In this document: piece after piece, positions 27,191 to 40,520 of the stretch
How positions within the stretch are numbered: the stretch's first letter is position 1
Layout of the letters: each line of letters starts with the position of its first letter
NCBI RefSeq assembly: GCF_009914755.1
Contig: NC_060926.1
DNA from: the human T2T-CHM13v2.0 reference genome, Homo sapiens
Reading direction: 5' to 3' (one strand)
DNA: 64,000 nt
Notes under the pieces: model-generated
Seen by the model: the letters and a program-made list of their open reading frames with translations, nothing else
What the model was told of the DNA's origin: nothing
The model's database searches: none
Made by a program: the position numbers and the translations under genes

Positions 27191-27416
27191 AATTAAAGGA
27201 TAACTGAAAGCTGTGGGATAATCAAAGAAGTAAAATCCTGTCTCAAGAACCTCTGATCTGAGTGAAACAAAATATAGACATGTGCAAATTGAAAACAGTA
27301 TTACAAGATAGCATATCGCTGATTACCATAGTAAATGTTCAAAAGAATGAGAATGAGAAATTATAGGGGTCTGGAGTGGTCAAGAAAGTCTTAACACAGT
27401 TGAGAAGACTTGAGTT

Positions 27417-27748
27417 GGCCGGCTGTGATGGCTCACACCTGTAATCCCAGCACTTTGACAGGCTGAGGCAGGTGGATCACTTGAGGTTAGGAGTTCGAGA
27501 GCAGCCTGGCCAATATGGCAAAACCCCGTCTCTACTAAAAGTACAAAAATTAGCCGGGCCTGGTGGCAGGTGCCTATAATCTCAACTACTTGGGATGCTG
27601 AGGCAGGAGAATCGATTGAACCCAGGAGGTGGAGGCTTCAGTGAGCTGAGATGGCACCACTGCACTGCACTCCAGCCTGGGTGACAGAGTAAGGCTGTTT
27701 CTCAAAAAAAAAAAAAAAAAAAAAAAAAGAAAGAAAGAAAGAAAGAAA
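27417..27748 (+). mobile_element. AluS (Sx/Sz-like), full length, with A-run plus (gaaa)n tail
   Basis: Complete Alu with a 5-bp slippage duplication (cactg); TSD aagacttgagtt / aagacctgagtt. Confidence 0.93.
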
Positions 27749-27837
27749 AAGACCTGAGTTTTGGTGAAAATCAGTTTGAACGTAGACATTCAATTTTGAG
27801 ATAAGCTAAGCCAATCTTATGATGGGGATGAGGCCAC

Positions 27838-27940
27838 CATTCATTCAGTCATTCAACAGTTATTTTTGAATACTTATCACATTTGGAAGCTGGAGTTATA
27901 GCAGCAAGCAAAGCAGACAAGTCCTTGCCCTCAAGAAGGA
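27838..27940 (-). mobile_element. L2 3' end relic
   Basis: 'cattcattcagtcattcaacagttatttttgaatactta...agacaagtccttgccctcaag'. Confidence 0.6.
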
Positions 27941-27944
27941 GCAT

Positions 27945-28035
27945 CACTTATTGGCTGACTTTTGAAGAATTATTAATACTTACTCCCCCTAAGTCTCAGT
28001 TTCCTCATATGTAATGCTGGAATAAAAACAGTCCT
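27945..28035 (+). mobile_element. MIR core
   Basis: 'ctaagtctcagtttcctcatatgtaat'. Confidence 0.6.
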
Positions 28036-28789
28036 TTGTAGCGAACACTATGTGTGTCACACTCAGATCTTCTTGGTTTTCCTTTACCAACTCTCTGTGA
28101 CACCCACCCCCACCAACCCCAATTCTACATACTTTGCTGTTAAGGGCTCTCTACTTTTTCAAGTTTTGTCGTCCACATTATTGGTCTTGGTTGCCTGATT
28201 GGAGCATTACATTGAAAATTGTTCTGTAACTGCTATCCAGATCTATAGCAAAGAAAGTTTTAACTAATTTGGGATATTTTACTTGGGCACAGGAAGGAGT
28301 TCCAGTATGAAGTTATATCTCTCCACTTATGCCAGCTAGAGGCAAGGAGCCTTCTCTGAGGCTTTTATAATGATGCAAATTCAAGTGTTAGTTCTGGACT
28401 GGGTTGAACACTGTTTGCAATGAAGAGCAGAGAATGGATCCAATTATGTTATTAAAAAAGAATCAGCATGCTTTGTTAGCTAACCAAATGAGTGTGGTTG
28501 GCAAATGTAGGAGAGGGAGGGGTAACAAGATAAAGGAACCAAGTTAATGGGAACATTTGCAGCCCTTTGGCCAGGAAAAATGCTATAATTGACAAAAATA
28601 TGCAGGTGAATATATTGAACATTGGAAGCCAGTTTGCGAAAAAAGATGACACAATTAGTTTAAGCAAATCTGATGAGGTGAACTTGAGGAATGTGCTGGC
28701 AGTTGGAGGTGGTGTTCAGAGTCAAGAAGAGGATATAAATATTTTGGGCAATGATAGTAGGAATAAGGTTCTAAATGCGTAGCCGGGGA

Positions 28790-29230
28790 TTCAGTAGATG
28801 CATGCCCCAGCTTGGTTCACTCCTCTTTCCTCTTCCCAAGGCATATATTCAGGAAGCTAAACAATAACTTTTGTAACAATCATCTCAAAATGGCTCGGTC
28901 TTGATTAATAAGTGACAATTTTTCTAATTTTTGTCCCAGTTTCCAACTTAGAACCAACGGGAGAAAGCCAAGTATGTACCCTTAACCAATCACATGGCAT
29001 GCCCCGATTCTAGTTCACCGCCTATAGCTTTCCCACACCAACAGCCTCCAATCAGGGTGTGCCTAAAACCTTCCCTTTTTTCCACTACTGTAAAAGCTTC
29101 CCTACCCTCTGCTTGTTTTGGAGTCTCTGCTAAAACACAGATGATGGGCGACTGACTCCCTTGCTATAGCAAGCTCTGAATAAATAGCCTTTGATTTTTT
29201 TCATTTGGTAGTTCTTCATTTATTTCCATA
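28790..29230 (+). mobile_element. ERV1-class solo LTR (subfamily not determined)
   Basis: LTR layout: two CCAAT boxes (aaccaatcac, tccaatcagg), TATA-like 'actgtaaaagc', AATAAA in 'ctgaataaatagcc', U5-like end 'ttatttcca'. Confidence 0.55.
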
Positions 29231-30119
29231 TCTGCCTTTTACTAAAAATAGATAAGTTATTTAGAATATAAGCCCATGTTTGGGTAAATAGTTAATTTTC
29301 AGGACTTTGTATGTTTGAGAAGATGCAGAAGTCAAGAAGAAAAGATTGGATGAACTACTAATTGTGAATATATACCGTGAGATAGGCTACTGATAGGGAG
29401 CGAGGGAGACAGCTAGAAATAGAGAATGCTTGACAAGGCTAGAAAGTAGAAGTGAAGAGTGGGGATAGTACTAAGAAAATGAAGGGGGTTATCTTTTTCC
29501 TTCCTCATCCTTAATGCTTAATCTCTAGCACACGCTGAAGGCCCCTGAAGCAAAGCTCCTTGCATTTTATCCAAAACAGAGCAGCAAATAGGCTAAATCT
29601 AAAAGCCTGGCCTTTTAATTTTTTTGTAGTTGCTTTGAATTGTCAACCAATTACATGACCACACAATAATTTGTGTTTCCTCAACAATAAAAATAACAAT
29701 AACAACTTGGAATTCAGGAAAAATGATTCACATGGAACAGTTTCAGCCTCTCTATTAGATTACTTTAAGGTCAGCATGAATCAGAGGAACCTGTTCTTAA
29801 TGTAATGGTAATTAGGACTCTCCACCCTGTTTCTCTGTTGTTTTCTTCTCCTCCCAGGTCTCCTTTGCCAAGAAATCTTCCACATCTCCACCTCTGCTGT
29901 TGATAAGCCTAAATCAGTCTCTCAACAACTTCCCAGCAAAAGTATTCTCTCACAATCTCCTTGGATTTGGGGTCATTCTTGTTCTTTCCAATACAGGACT
30001 GAATTTTAAAAAATATATAATGCTCTCACACTGGTCAAATGAGGTGAATGTTTGAAACCAACCAACATATTTTCCTGGCACTTGGAGTTCATTGAACTCA
30101 CCCAGGATTTTCTTAGGCA

Positions 30120-30232
30120 AGCAAATCATCAAATCCTATCCGAGACCTGCAGTATCAGAAACCCTGGCTGGGAGGAACAGTAATCTGTATCGTAACACAC
30201 TCTTCAGGTGAATTTTAAATTTTGAGAAATGT
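30120..30232. mobile_element. MER5A fragment
   Basis: 'agacctgcagtatcagaaaccctgg...cagtaatctgtat...ttcaggtga...ttttgagaa'. Confidence 0.55.
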
Positions 30233-30240
30233 TTGAAGAC

Positions 30241-30565
30241 AATGATTGGGAAACTGCTGCTGATATGCTAATTTTGCCCACTGTTTATTTTGGTACAGCC
30301 TGGTAAGCTAAGAATGATCTTTACATTTTTTAATTACTTCAAAAATCAAAAAAGGATGAGTAATTTGTTGTATGTAAACATTTTACAAAATTCAAATTTT
30401 ACTGTCAGTAGAGTTTCATTAGAACACAGCTATACCCGTATGTTTACATATCATACATGGCTGCTTTTGCAAAAACTGAATAACTGTGGCCGTGATCAAA
30501 TGGCCCACAAAGCCTAAAGTAGTTTACTATCTGTATCTTTACATAAAAAGTTGGTCCCCTACTCC
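30241..30565. mobile_element. MER58B (hAT-Charlie)
   Basis: 'agctaagaatgatctttacatttttta', 'aaattcaaattt', 'tggcccacaaagcctaaa...tttactatctg'. Confidence 0.8.
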
Positions 30566-30865
30566 TAGGGCATAAGCTTTCTAGGATCAATAATACATGT
30601 TGGTGACAAGCTCTGAAAGTTTGCTTTTCCTTGTGGTGTTTCTCCTTCAGATGCTTTATTCTATAGGTCTGGAAATCCAGTGGCATTTCCTCTCAGTCAG
30701 ACTCCTTTCATTCCCAAAAGGCAGCCTCATCAGGGTTGCTTCACAGCAAGGGAAATGTTATAACAAAGGGATTTCTCTACCTTAGATGTGATCATTAGAG
30801 TTACTTCTCTGAGAATGGAAACATAGTTGAAGACATACTCTGGAAATATCTTACTGCTGGTTTAG

Positions 30866-31041
30866 CAGAGGTTCTCAAATTTGGCTGTGCATAAAACTGC
30901 CTCTGACGCCTGAAAAGTTGTAGATCCCCGAGACAAATCTGAATGGGAAGCTCTGAGTTGGGCATTGGGAATCTGCATTTTTGTAGGCACCTGAGAAGAT
31001 TCTGAGTCTGGTAGTCTGAAGGACAAACTTTCCAGAAACAC
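30866..31041. mobile_element. MER5B-like MITE
   Basis: 'cagaggttctcaaatttggctgtgcat' ... 'gggaatctgcattttt' ... 'actttccagaaacact'. Confidence 0.65.
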
Positions 31042-33834
31042 TAACTTACAGAAATGCTCCAAGGAAAACATTGCTGGTATTAGAGAAGAGGCTGATGGCA
31101 GCTCACATAGTCTTCACTCAGAATAACTGGCTTCTGTACTAGTTCTCTGTTGCCAATGATTAGGCACAAACTGGCTTTTAGACTGAGGCCTGGGATTTGG
31201 GGTTAGAAAGTACAAGGGAAGAAATGTTCTAAAAGTATGGAAAATGTAAAAATGCATTTGGATTACAGTGTGATCTAAGGCAGGATAGATTTCTAACCAC
31301 TCTAAGTAGAGATGTCTCTCTGAACTCAGTGAGATACCCAGTACATCTTTTTATTTTGTGTCGCTATCTACAATTTCTCTGTAATTTAGCCATTTTTAGT
31401 ATTTTACTTCTTAATGCATTTAAGGTTTCTCCACAAAAGAAAAAAAAATCAGTCAACTTATTTGTGGTGTTAGCTACAATTTGACCAAAACCAGTGGACC
31501 ATACATTGCTTTCTTCCCTGTCAACATCATTAACTCTTTTCTATTTTATATCTTATTTCTCTAAATTTGGTAGAAGAGGGACTTTTTGTGTACTTTCTGC
31601 ATGAGGCCTTTCATACGAAGAGTGAAAATTGCAAATTAAAGAAACATAAACCTAAAAAAGAAGCACAGGCCTTAAAATACTTCTTTTCTCACTTCTCTAT
31701 ATTTCTAATTATATTTACTTTCTACAAATATTAGTAGTATGACTCAAACTTCAAGATACCATCTAGTGGAAATCCTGCTATTAAATAAATCAACATGCAA
31801 CATCTATCTCTTTGTGTATCATTTAATTGTAGAAAGAAATGACATTTATAAAAGTATTCTCTCCTTTTCTGATGTTTGATAATATCATGTGGCATTCTGC
31901 TTTTTCTGTTTTCATCGTTGACTGAACTCTTTAGTAACCACCACAATAAAAATACAAACTAATTCATGTTCATTTCATCTAAATCACACAAGCAACTCTA
32001 CAGGATAAGTGAGTAAATATTTTCAGTTCTAGATAAGAATCTCTAGCCAGAGATTTAAGGAATATTTAGTTCAGCAAAGTACTAAGTAAATAAAAGGGTG
32101 ACCCACAACTATCCAATCTTGGGGCCAGCAAACCTGATGCTGTGAAATAAAGAAGTAATTGTCCCTCCTCAGCTAGGAGAGCTTTCAACATATCACACAA
32201 GTCCCACCCAGGAGGGTGAATGTTCTTTTCCTTCCTTCTCTCATATTCTCCTGCTCATCCCGCTGACAGCAAGTCTAAGGGAGATGATGAATCATGCCAG
32301 AAAGTTGGGGCCTATCAGTTATTTCTATGAGCCCAGCTTACACTGACTCATTTCTAAGGAAGCAGTATGCTTCTATGGCAGATGCTGGCTATTTATTTAT
32401 TTATTTATTTATTTCGTGCATGTGCTTTTCCAGACTTATAACATACACCAGCAGCTTCCTGAGTGGGTTCCAGAAGTGAAAAAAATCATAAATTGAATGC
32501 ACATGGAGAAAGCATGTCCCCATCCAAGACCTCACAGGCTCCCACCCTAGCCATCCAAGTCCACACCCTCATGGTTTACATAGCACCTTTCTTCCAAGGA
32601 TCCCAGAGAGCTGCTCCAGCACAAAGGAATTAGACTAAGGGAAGAATATGTTTGGCTTTCCTCTTGACTAGTAAAAGGAACTATTGGGCCCTCTAGAGTC
32701 CAAGGCCTCACAGGCAGGCTCTGTATATACCTTGGAATCAAATTAGATCTAAAGTCCCTAGGTGTTCAATTTTACATTTTAGAATCTAAATCACTTTTGA
32801 TTATTTTTATGCAGATTGAAAAAAGTATGAAGTGAGAAGATTTTGCTTTTGGAAATGCATTCCCTTGAACCCCACTTCCATTCCATTTTTTTCCTAGTTA
32901 TCACACTCTTTTCCCAAACATCAGGCACTCTCATGCTGTCTTCCCAGGAGAGCAATCTAATCAAATCAGTCATATTAAGGTGCTACGATATGACTGCTTA
33001 TCCCATGTATATTCATGTTTTTAGAAAGGAACATAGCCTAAGAAATGAAGAAATCACTGAAAATGAAGGAATTTGATTTAAGATAAAAATTTTGATGTAT
33101 AAGAGTCTTTCCAACAATCTGTGTGTATGTAATCTACACTTTCTCTGCTTAAGTTAAAGACATGCTTGGCTCAAAACAGGGCTAAGAACATACAGTAAAA
33201 CATAGCTTGTCAGGGCCAGCCTATTGAAAGCTGCTGTGTTTCCCTATGCACAGTCTGCAAAGTTAGCCATTGCTTTAGATTACTGGCCTAAGAGACTTGA
33301 GTATTTAGTCTGAACCTCGAATGCTAACTGAAAATATATAAAAATGTAAGACCTGAGACAAGTTCAACTCAGTATCCAGTCGAGGCTAAGTTATTCTTGA
33401 TCCATCATACCTCTCAGTCATTTTATTGTGACTTGTGGCAACTGCTGGCTTCATTTTCCTTTGCTTCTGTACCTGGATTTAATTCACTAGGTTCTGGACA
33501 TCGTGACTGTTATCTGTGCCCATTCTGATGCCTGGTTTCCTTGCTGTAAATCTTACTGCCGTAAGAACTATAGGGCTGGACTCCTTTTTCCCAGTCTGGT
33601 ATTTTTACCCTTCATTCAGTTTGCTTCTTCCCACAGTCTAGAATGACTCAGCATCATGTGGAGAGCATCCAGTGTGTGCCCGCTAGAATACAGAACATTA
33701 AATCTCCAATATCTGGAAACCACTGGCCTAGAACCCTTGAACAACCAGTCTCTCCATCCCTCCTTGCAATCTCACTACCCTAAGGCAATTGGCTTGGTGG
33801 AAGAGGCAAATGCCAAGAGAACAAGTTAATGTTC

Positions 33835-34065
33835 TTAGGGGTTTATAAAGATCATTTGATGAACGAATCCTAGATGTGTAAAAATATGGGCTCCTGAAAT
33901 AGGATCTTAGACACCCTAAATTCTTTTTTCTACTCAAGGATACTGAAACTCCAAAAGGTGTAATTATATTGCCCAGCACCACAAACTCACTGACAAACTG
34001 AATCAGGACTAGACTTTGGCCTCTTGAGACTCGAGACAATGTTCTTTCTATTATACTATCCACCG
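33835..34065 (-). mobile_element. MIR relic
   Basis: 'ggatactgaaactccaaaaggtg...ttgcccagcaccaca...caggactagac...aatgttctttc'. Confidence 0.55.
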
Positions 34066-37000
34066 TGCTCCTTTCTTATAATACTAATTTTTTAAAAATA
34101 CGCAGCATGGGAAGCTGCTTTAATGTTGGCCTCCCAGCTCCTCAAAACCATTCTCAGCAGGATTTACAGATCCTGGCCACATGTCTGCAAAAGGGCCTCT
34201 GAACACATACTTGAGATTTTCATGTGTTAGATAAACAGAGCTAAGCCCATCAAAATTAAGATTTTCTCATTCCCTCCCACTTCTGCTGATATTTTGGTCA
34301 TAGTGGACATTAAAAATATTTTTCATGCCATAATCTCAAGTTTTCTAAAATTCTGATTGCTGTTCCTGTACCTCATATTCATTCTACTTCAAGTAATTAT
34401 GCTTCTAGAAGGAAAGTATTCTCTTATTTACTGTAGATATGTCTCTATTTATAAAAAGCACCAGGGCCAGTATACACTCATCCTAATGTCCCGCATGCTC
34501 TACTCTCGACATCACACCAGCACCACAAGGAAATTGATTCTCCTGATAATGGTACATACAACAGTCAAGGTGAAAACTTGCTAGGGAAGGGTTCTAAATT
34601 CTTCAGAAGACTTCCATAGTAAAGTACATCCATGGTTTGCTCTCATTGCTGAAATATTAAAGCTTGTTGTCACCCTTTATTTTACAGAAGAAGCAGTTCT
34701 AGTTGATTCATCTGATTGGCTAAAAACAGGCACAGTCTAGAACACAGACTCCTGCATAAACTAGCTAGTGAAAGATACTTTGCGGAGAATTTTAAGGAAC
34801 CGAAAGAAAAAGTGTTTGGAGATTAACATCAGAATTCAAATCCTACAGACTCCCTTTATTCTCTGAGCATTTCAATCATTTCTTCTTAGGCCAGGCAAAT
34901 TTACGCAGTGGCAAAACTTTCAGGTTCAGCAAAGAAAGCACCACTTTAGATTCAGCAAAGCACCCTTTGCCCTCAGGAATATCAGTCCCTATTTGCCAGA
35001 GCAAAACATGAATAGGAACACAATTTGCAGACCAAATCATTGCATATTTTATTATTGTTGAGATATCCTCTGTAGAAAGCAAAATATGGCTTATATGAGA
35101 TGTAACATTAAAATTTTATAATATTAAAATATTGTTATTTTCCTTCAGGGGGAACGTAATTGTTTCTGTCACTTGGAGAATAAAATTTTTGCAAATGGCA
35201 TGCATTATCTTGTCATGGTCAACAACAATCAGTTATTTATCTGTACGTTTCTTAGATGCCTCCTTAAAATTGCATGCTGGCCATTTTCTTCCTTCTGCTC
35301 ATCCCACAGGTTTACTGTTTACCACCCACACAAATGCTGATATGCAAGCCACATGTACAGACACACTTTTTGTTTTGCTTCTTCTTTTTTAATGTGTTAA
35401 GGCTGAGTAACAAGTAAGGATTTTGCCATGGAATGAAAACAAGGATTCAGCTTTCATGTAAATATCATTTATTTCCTTTTACCTGTGAACAAAATAATAA
35501 ATAAGGCATGTCTTTTTTTCTTGCCATGCACAGATACTGTTCTATCTTGCTGTCTAAAGTCTAGGGAAAGCAGATACTACCACTGCATTCTTTTACAGGA
35601 CTGATGCTGCTTATCAAATGTTTTCTGTAGAAGCAATCCAACTACTAAACAAGCAGAGATGAATCTCTGCTTTTTCTTGCAAGGCACCCAGGAGGCAAAA
35701 ATTTGCAATAGTCCTAAATAAAAATATAATAAGAAAAGAAAATGAAAAGTTCTTTTGAAATGTATTTTTGGTTGTGAAATTAGAGTGAAAAATAGCATAC
35801 TGGATGTTATTCAATTTCTCAAAATATTTCGTATTCTAAACAGTGTCTCCCTTTATAGAAAGAGTTAATCTATTTAAACTAGTTTAGAGGTTTTTAAAAA
35901 TAACAACAAAAACAACAACGAAAAGAAAATACACCACCAACAAGCTTTTCTATTCTTTTAGTAATAAAGACCTTTTACTTAGAATGGATTATGTATTAAA
36001 CTTTTTCCACATCTTTGCTAGCTCAGCAAACCTTTGTTCCGAATGCTTTGTGACCATTGGTGCCTTTGATTATAGATTGCACCACCATTTGATTTATTTT
36101 TTTCTCATGGGCAACATATTTCTTTCATTGAGCAACATTCTGAAACTTGGAAATCTAACCTGTGTTTTAGTCTTAGGAAAGGAACATTCATATGGTAAAT
36201 CCTCCCCAGTTGGACTTGGTATTCATTCAACTCTTATATGGTTGATTTCAGGCCAGCTTTAATTATGCAATCACCCTCAACTCAAAGAGGATAGTAGAAT
36301 ACAAAAGCACTTTCTAATGCTTGTATTTAATAGAGTGCCAGTTTTCTGGAAGAAGCAAAAAATTGAGAAATGTTAATATTTAACAATGAAGTAATAATCT
36401 CTAAATGCAAGTCTAGAGGACGACAAGAGCAATTTATTGTATAAATTACAGATCATTTAGGACTGAAATCCAGGTACACTCCCTTATGTGTCTCTGCCAG
36501 TATTAAGAAATATGTATATATGTGCATGTGTACATATTTTTTAATTCTTCTTTTTATCAAGAAGAAAAAAAAATCAGTCACTTGACCTGTTTTACGAATT
36601 ATAAAAAAAATTAAATGTACCAGTATCACCTCTGAATTCATTGTTTTTTTTTTTTCATCCAGAAAATGTGGTTGCTTTAAACACAGTTTCCAGGGAAGTA
36701 TTTTTTACACATTCTGAATTACTTGTTCAGTCATTTTCTTATATTACATTACTCACATCCCCTTGCTGGAGGAAATTCCCTCTTACAAATGCTGTATCAC
36801 TGGGATCTATGTATATTTATGTAACCCCGGTGATTCTGTTTCTTCTTAGACAAACTCAGTGGCACTATTTCCTAAACAGAACTCCGTTGTCTCCATTAAT
36901 ATTAATTTCGCACTCAAGAAAAGCAAAATGCACTCAGATCTCCCAGGTCTTTTCTTCAGAATCTTTATAGCTAACATGCTCTGCCCTGATTTAGGGGTTT

Positions 37001-38471
37001 ACTAGAGAGTCCTTAAACTTCCTAGAAAGCTCATCATTGTAACGCTTTGGTTGAATGCTTGCAGGACAACTGTTCCCTTCCATATTGGCATGTATTTTCT
37101 CTCTATTAATGATCCAGAACAAGGATAAATCAAAGATCCTTAGCTCTAGCTAAAAGAAATGTATTCTCCAAATAATAAACAAGCAGGAAAGTTGTTCACT
37201 CCAGAGAGCTGAGACCCCCACAATTGTCTGGCTCATTTGAATGACCCAGAAAAGTTATACAGACTTCTTGTCTTACATGAGCCTAAAAGGCCTCCTGGGA
37301 ACAGCTATGGGCTCAACTGGAATGGCATGCTTGCCATAATAGAGTAGTACAGCCCTGAAACTTGCCCTTTAGATGACAATATTGTGATAACTCCCGTGTT
37401 ACATGCCTATAACCAGAAGCCTGGAGGCCTTGGATTATAATACATGGATCTCATGGTGACATGAACCCTACCTCTGTTTAATGCTAAATGTGGAGGATAT
37501 TGAGAGAAGGCTGAAGGGTAAATAATGGACCCTAGTAGCTAGGTCCACATTCTCTATGTTACTAGACTCTGAGACAGAAAGTAAGTAAATGTTTGTATAT
37601 ACCTGAGCATTGCTTTGGCCTTTAAATAAATTGGAAGGGTAGTAAACCCTTAAGTAATGCTTGTTGGAAAACACTGAGGCCTGTATCCAGATTAAATAAC
37701 ATGACTGCTGAATTTCCTTGCCCTTTGCTGCAACCTTGGATATAGATTCTTGCCCTAACCACTTCTTGTAAGATTTTTCTGAATGGTTCACTTAATTTGT
37801 ATGTGAGCTAAACAGGACATTTGGTGGGGAAAAAAAAACTTTACGAGTGTCCCTCTCCTAATTACTGTCTAAATGTTACCTCATTCATGCTTTGACATAA
37901 GTTTTTGTGGGCATACAAGTACAACATTTTCCTAAATATTTAAGTGAGAAGGGCTCATGCTGTTACTCTTCACCAAGCATTTTCTTAGAAATGCTTTCTT
38001 TAAAGGTATTGAGTTGATTCTTCAGTTTTCTCTAAATTTGTGATCTCACTGCTGAAAAAATCCCTCTGAATCCCTTTTCATTACTCACACATAGTTGATC
38101 ATGTTAAGAGGCTTAGAACTATTTGGCAAATGTTCCATGTCTTATGATTTCATGCAAAGCAGCAGAAAAGCAATTATTGGGGTATTTCTTTTAAAAAATA
38201 GAAAGTTCTCATCTGATTTGAGGATTGGGTGGAGCCCAGGGTGTGTCTTTTCTATCTCTTCTGGTTTCTGGTAGAGTCAATTTTTTTCAGAGGAAGTCTA
38301 TTTATTAGCTATAGAAAAGGATAAAAGTACTGAGGAGATTATGAGTGTATTGTGATTTTCTTTCCTGGGTGATCATAAATTCATTTTTGTCACATAATAT
38401 ATTGTGGAAATAATAAATTTCCACAACTTATTATTACAGAGGAATAAATCTGGAGGTATTTACAGCCTGTC

Positions 38472-38715
38472 ATATATATATATATATTATATATATATAA
38501 TATATATATATATTATATATATATAATATATATATATTATATATATATAATATATATATATTATATATATATAATATATATATATTATATATATAATATA
38601 TATATATTATATATATAATATATATATTATATATATAATATATATATATATTATATATATAATATATATATTATATATATAATATATATATATTATATAT
38701 ATAATATATATATAT
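38472..38715. repeat. 100% AT minisatellite: (TA)n punctuated alternately by TT and AA
   Basis: Directly visible; ~20-24 bp units such as tattatatatatataata, which is self-complementary. Confidence 0.97.
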
Positions 38716-40239
38716 CAAAATTGCAACACTATAAAAAATTATAAAATTGAAATTTTTTCTATGCCAAGGATCAAAATTTATTTGGAAGTCATATTTTTAT
38801 CAGTCTAAAAGGAGACACTATCTTCATTTAATTACTATCATTATGTACTCTTCCTATTCTTTATTGTTTCTCCCTAAGAGGTAGCACAATTATGATTCAT
38901 CCCACTGTGAGGTTCAGGCCTTAAACAGACATCTGAGATAGTCCCTTAACCTAAAACTGCTTTTTCAGTGCATCCCAGTAAGTGGAACTGGATCACTGAT
39001 CTCCCCAAATGAAAACTGGTTATTCAAGAGAAATCAGGCTCTCTTTGGCCCTCCATGCTGGCATACTGTAGCCCCTTTCTCTCCCTGGCCCCATCTCTTA
39101 TGCCCGGCTAGAAACCCTCATGGTTGCCACGGTGGGTCTAAGGGACATCCTGGGCAGTTCATTTATCTCTCAATTACTTATGATAATTAGCAGATCTAAA
39201 AGCCCAGATCATTAAATATACAGATAATTCAAACTCTTCATTGCAAGCATAATCTTCAATCTCTGATCTCCATAATTTTATAAAAGAGGCAAACAAATAA
39301 TACCATTTGAGAGATTTAAATTTCCTGTTTGTCTGTTTCCTTCTTTGTACCTCTGGCAAAAGTCCTAAAGAATCTTGGAATGGTCAAAATGCATAAGCTA
39401 GGAATAAAAGAAAAAGAACAGAATCTTAGATAATCCACCAATGGAGTAATTGGTGAATGCTGTAAAAAAAATCTATCACATATTTATAACTCTGTGAGGA
39501 GAAATTTTTCCTACACTTTGAGTGCTTTCTTACGCATTTAAACAAAATCAATCATCTCATTTAGTTAAAAACAGTGACATTCCAATAAAAAAATTCTTTT
39601 CCAAACACATACGAAACACACAGATACACTCTCACATATACGGTTCTCCAGCACTTTTGTGCATAACATCTATTAGCACAGTTCCACAGTTACAGCTACC
39701 ACTGTATATGACCCTTCATTCATGAAAGCTCCTGGTGCTTAGCCTTAAGCTATTGGGCTCCTGTCATTTCCCACTGAGCACACTGGGGTGGATTTGGGTG
39801 TCTTGCCCTCATTTACAATCTGAACAAAAGAAACCTAAGCCAAGAAAGCAGCTGGCACCATAAAAACAGTAAAAACTCTAGCTGGCATCTCTGGTTGCCA
39901 CTGACTAGCCAAATATCCACAGGGAATGGTGCCAATATAGATTTCTGGGACAAAACAACAAAATAGATTTTTGTCAATAAACATTGATTTCACAAGAAGT
40001 CAGACAAATCCATCCATACCAAATGACACATACATCCACAGAGTTCCAAACCAATGAGTACATTTTGGACAAATTGAAAACCTGCCTAAGCTGGATTCAT
40101 ACATGGCACATGCTCTCCAAGGTCTTCATCTGCCAAGTATGGTTACATGTTAGGTGTCAATGTTGCAGTCTGATTCTGCTATCAGCTGACAACATAAACC
40201 GTGGACACTGACAAAGAAAACACATACCATCACTCCAGG

Positions 40240-40520
40240 GGTGATATTTTTTAAACTTTTTTGACTGCAATGGATTGAAAGAACTATGTTTTGTGGTGCA
40301 GCCTAGTACATACGCAGACATGCAAAGAACAAATAAAATAAAATGTCATGGATCAATACTTATCCCTGCTATGTGTGATGCACCCAGTTTTATTCTTCCT
40401 TTTCTATTTCATTTTTACATTCTATGTTATATTTTTAACATTGTTTAGCTATTGTAACAACCCCTGAAATTTCTTACAATTCATTAATGAGTCATGACAA
40501 TGAGTTTAAATATATGGCTC
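40240..40520. mobile_element. hAT-Charlie non-autonomous element (MER112-like)
   Basis: 'aaactttttttgactgcaa', 'caatacttatccctgctatgtgtgatgcac', 'cattaatgagtcatgac...gtttaaa'. Confidence 0.5.

Noticed and set aside
35651-35676. Perfect 10-bp hairpin aagcagagat-ga-atctctgctt followed by a T run, resembling an intrinsic terminator
   Set aside because: Mammalian DNA with no upstream gene or Pol III unit recognised; too short for a pre-miRNA and plausible by chance in 64 kb
38472-38715. Regularly spaced palindromic repeats as a CRISPR-like array
   Set aside because: No unique spacers, pure AT, eukaryotic context and no cas genes
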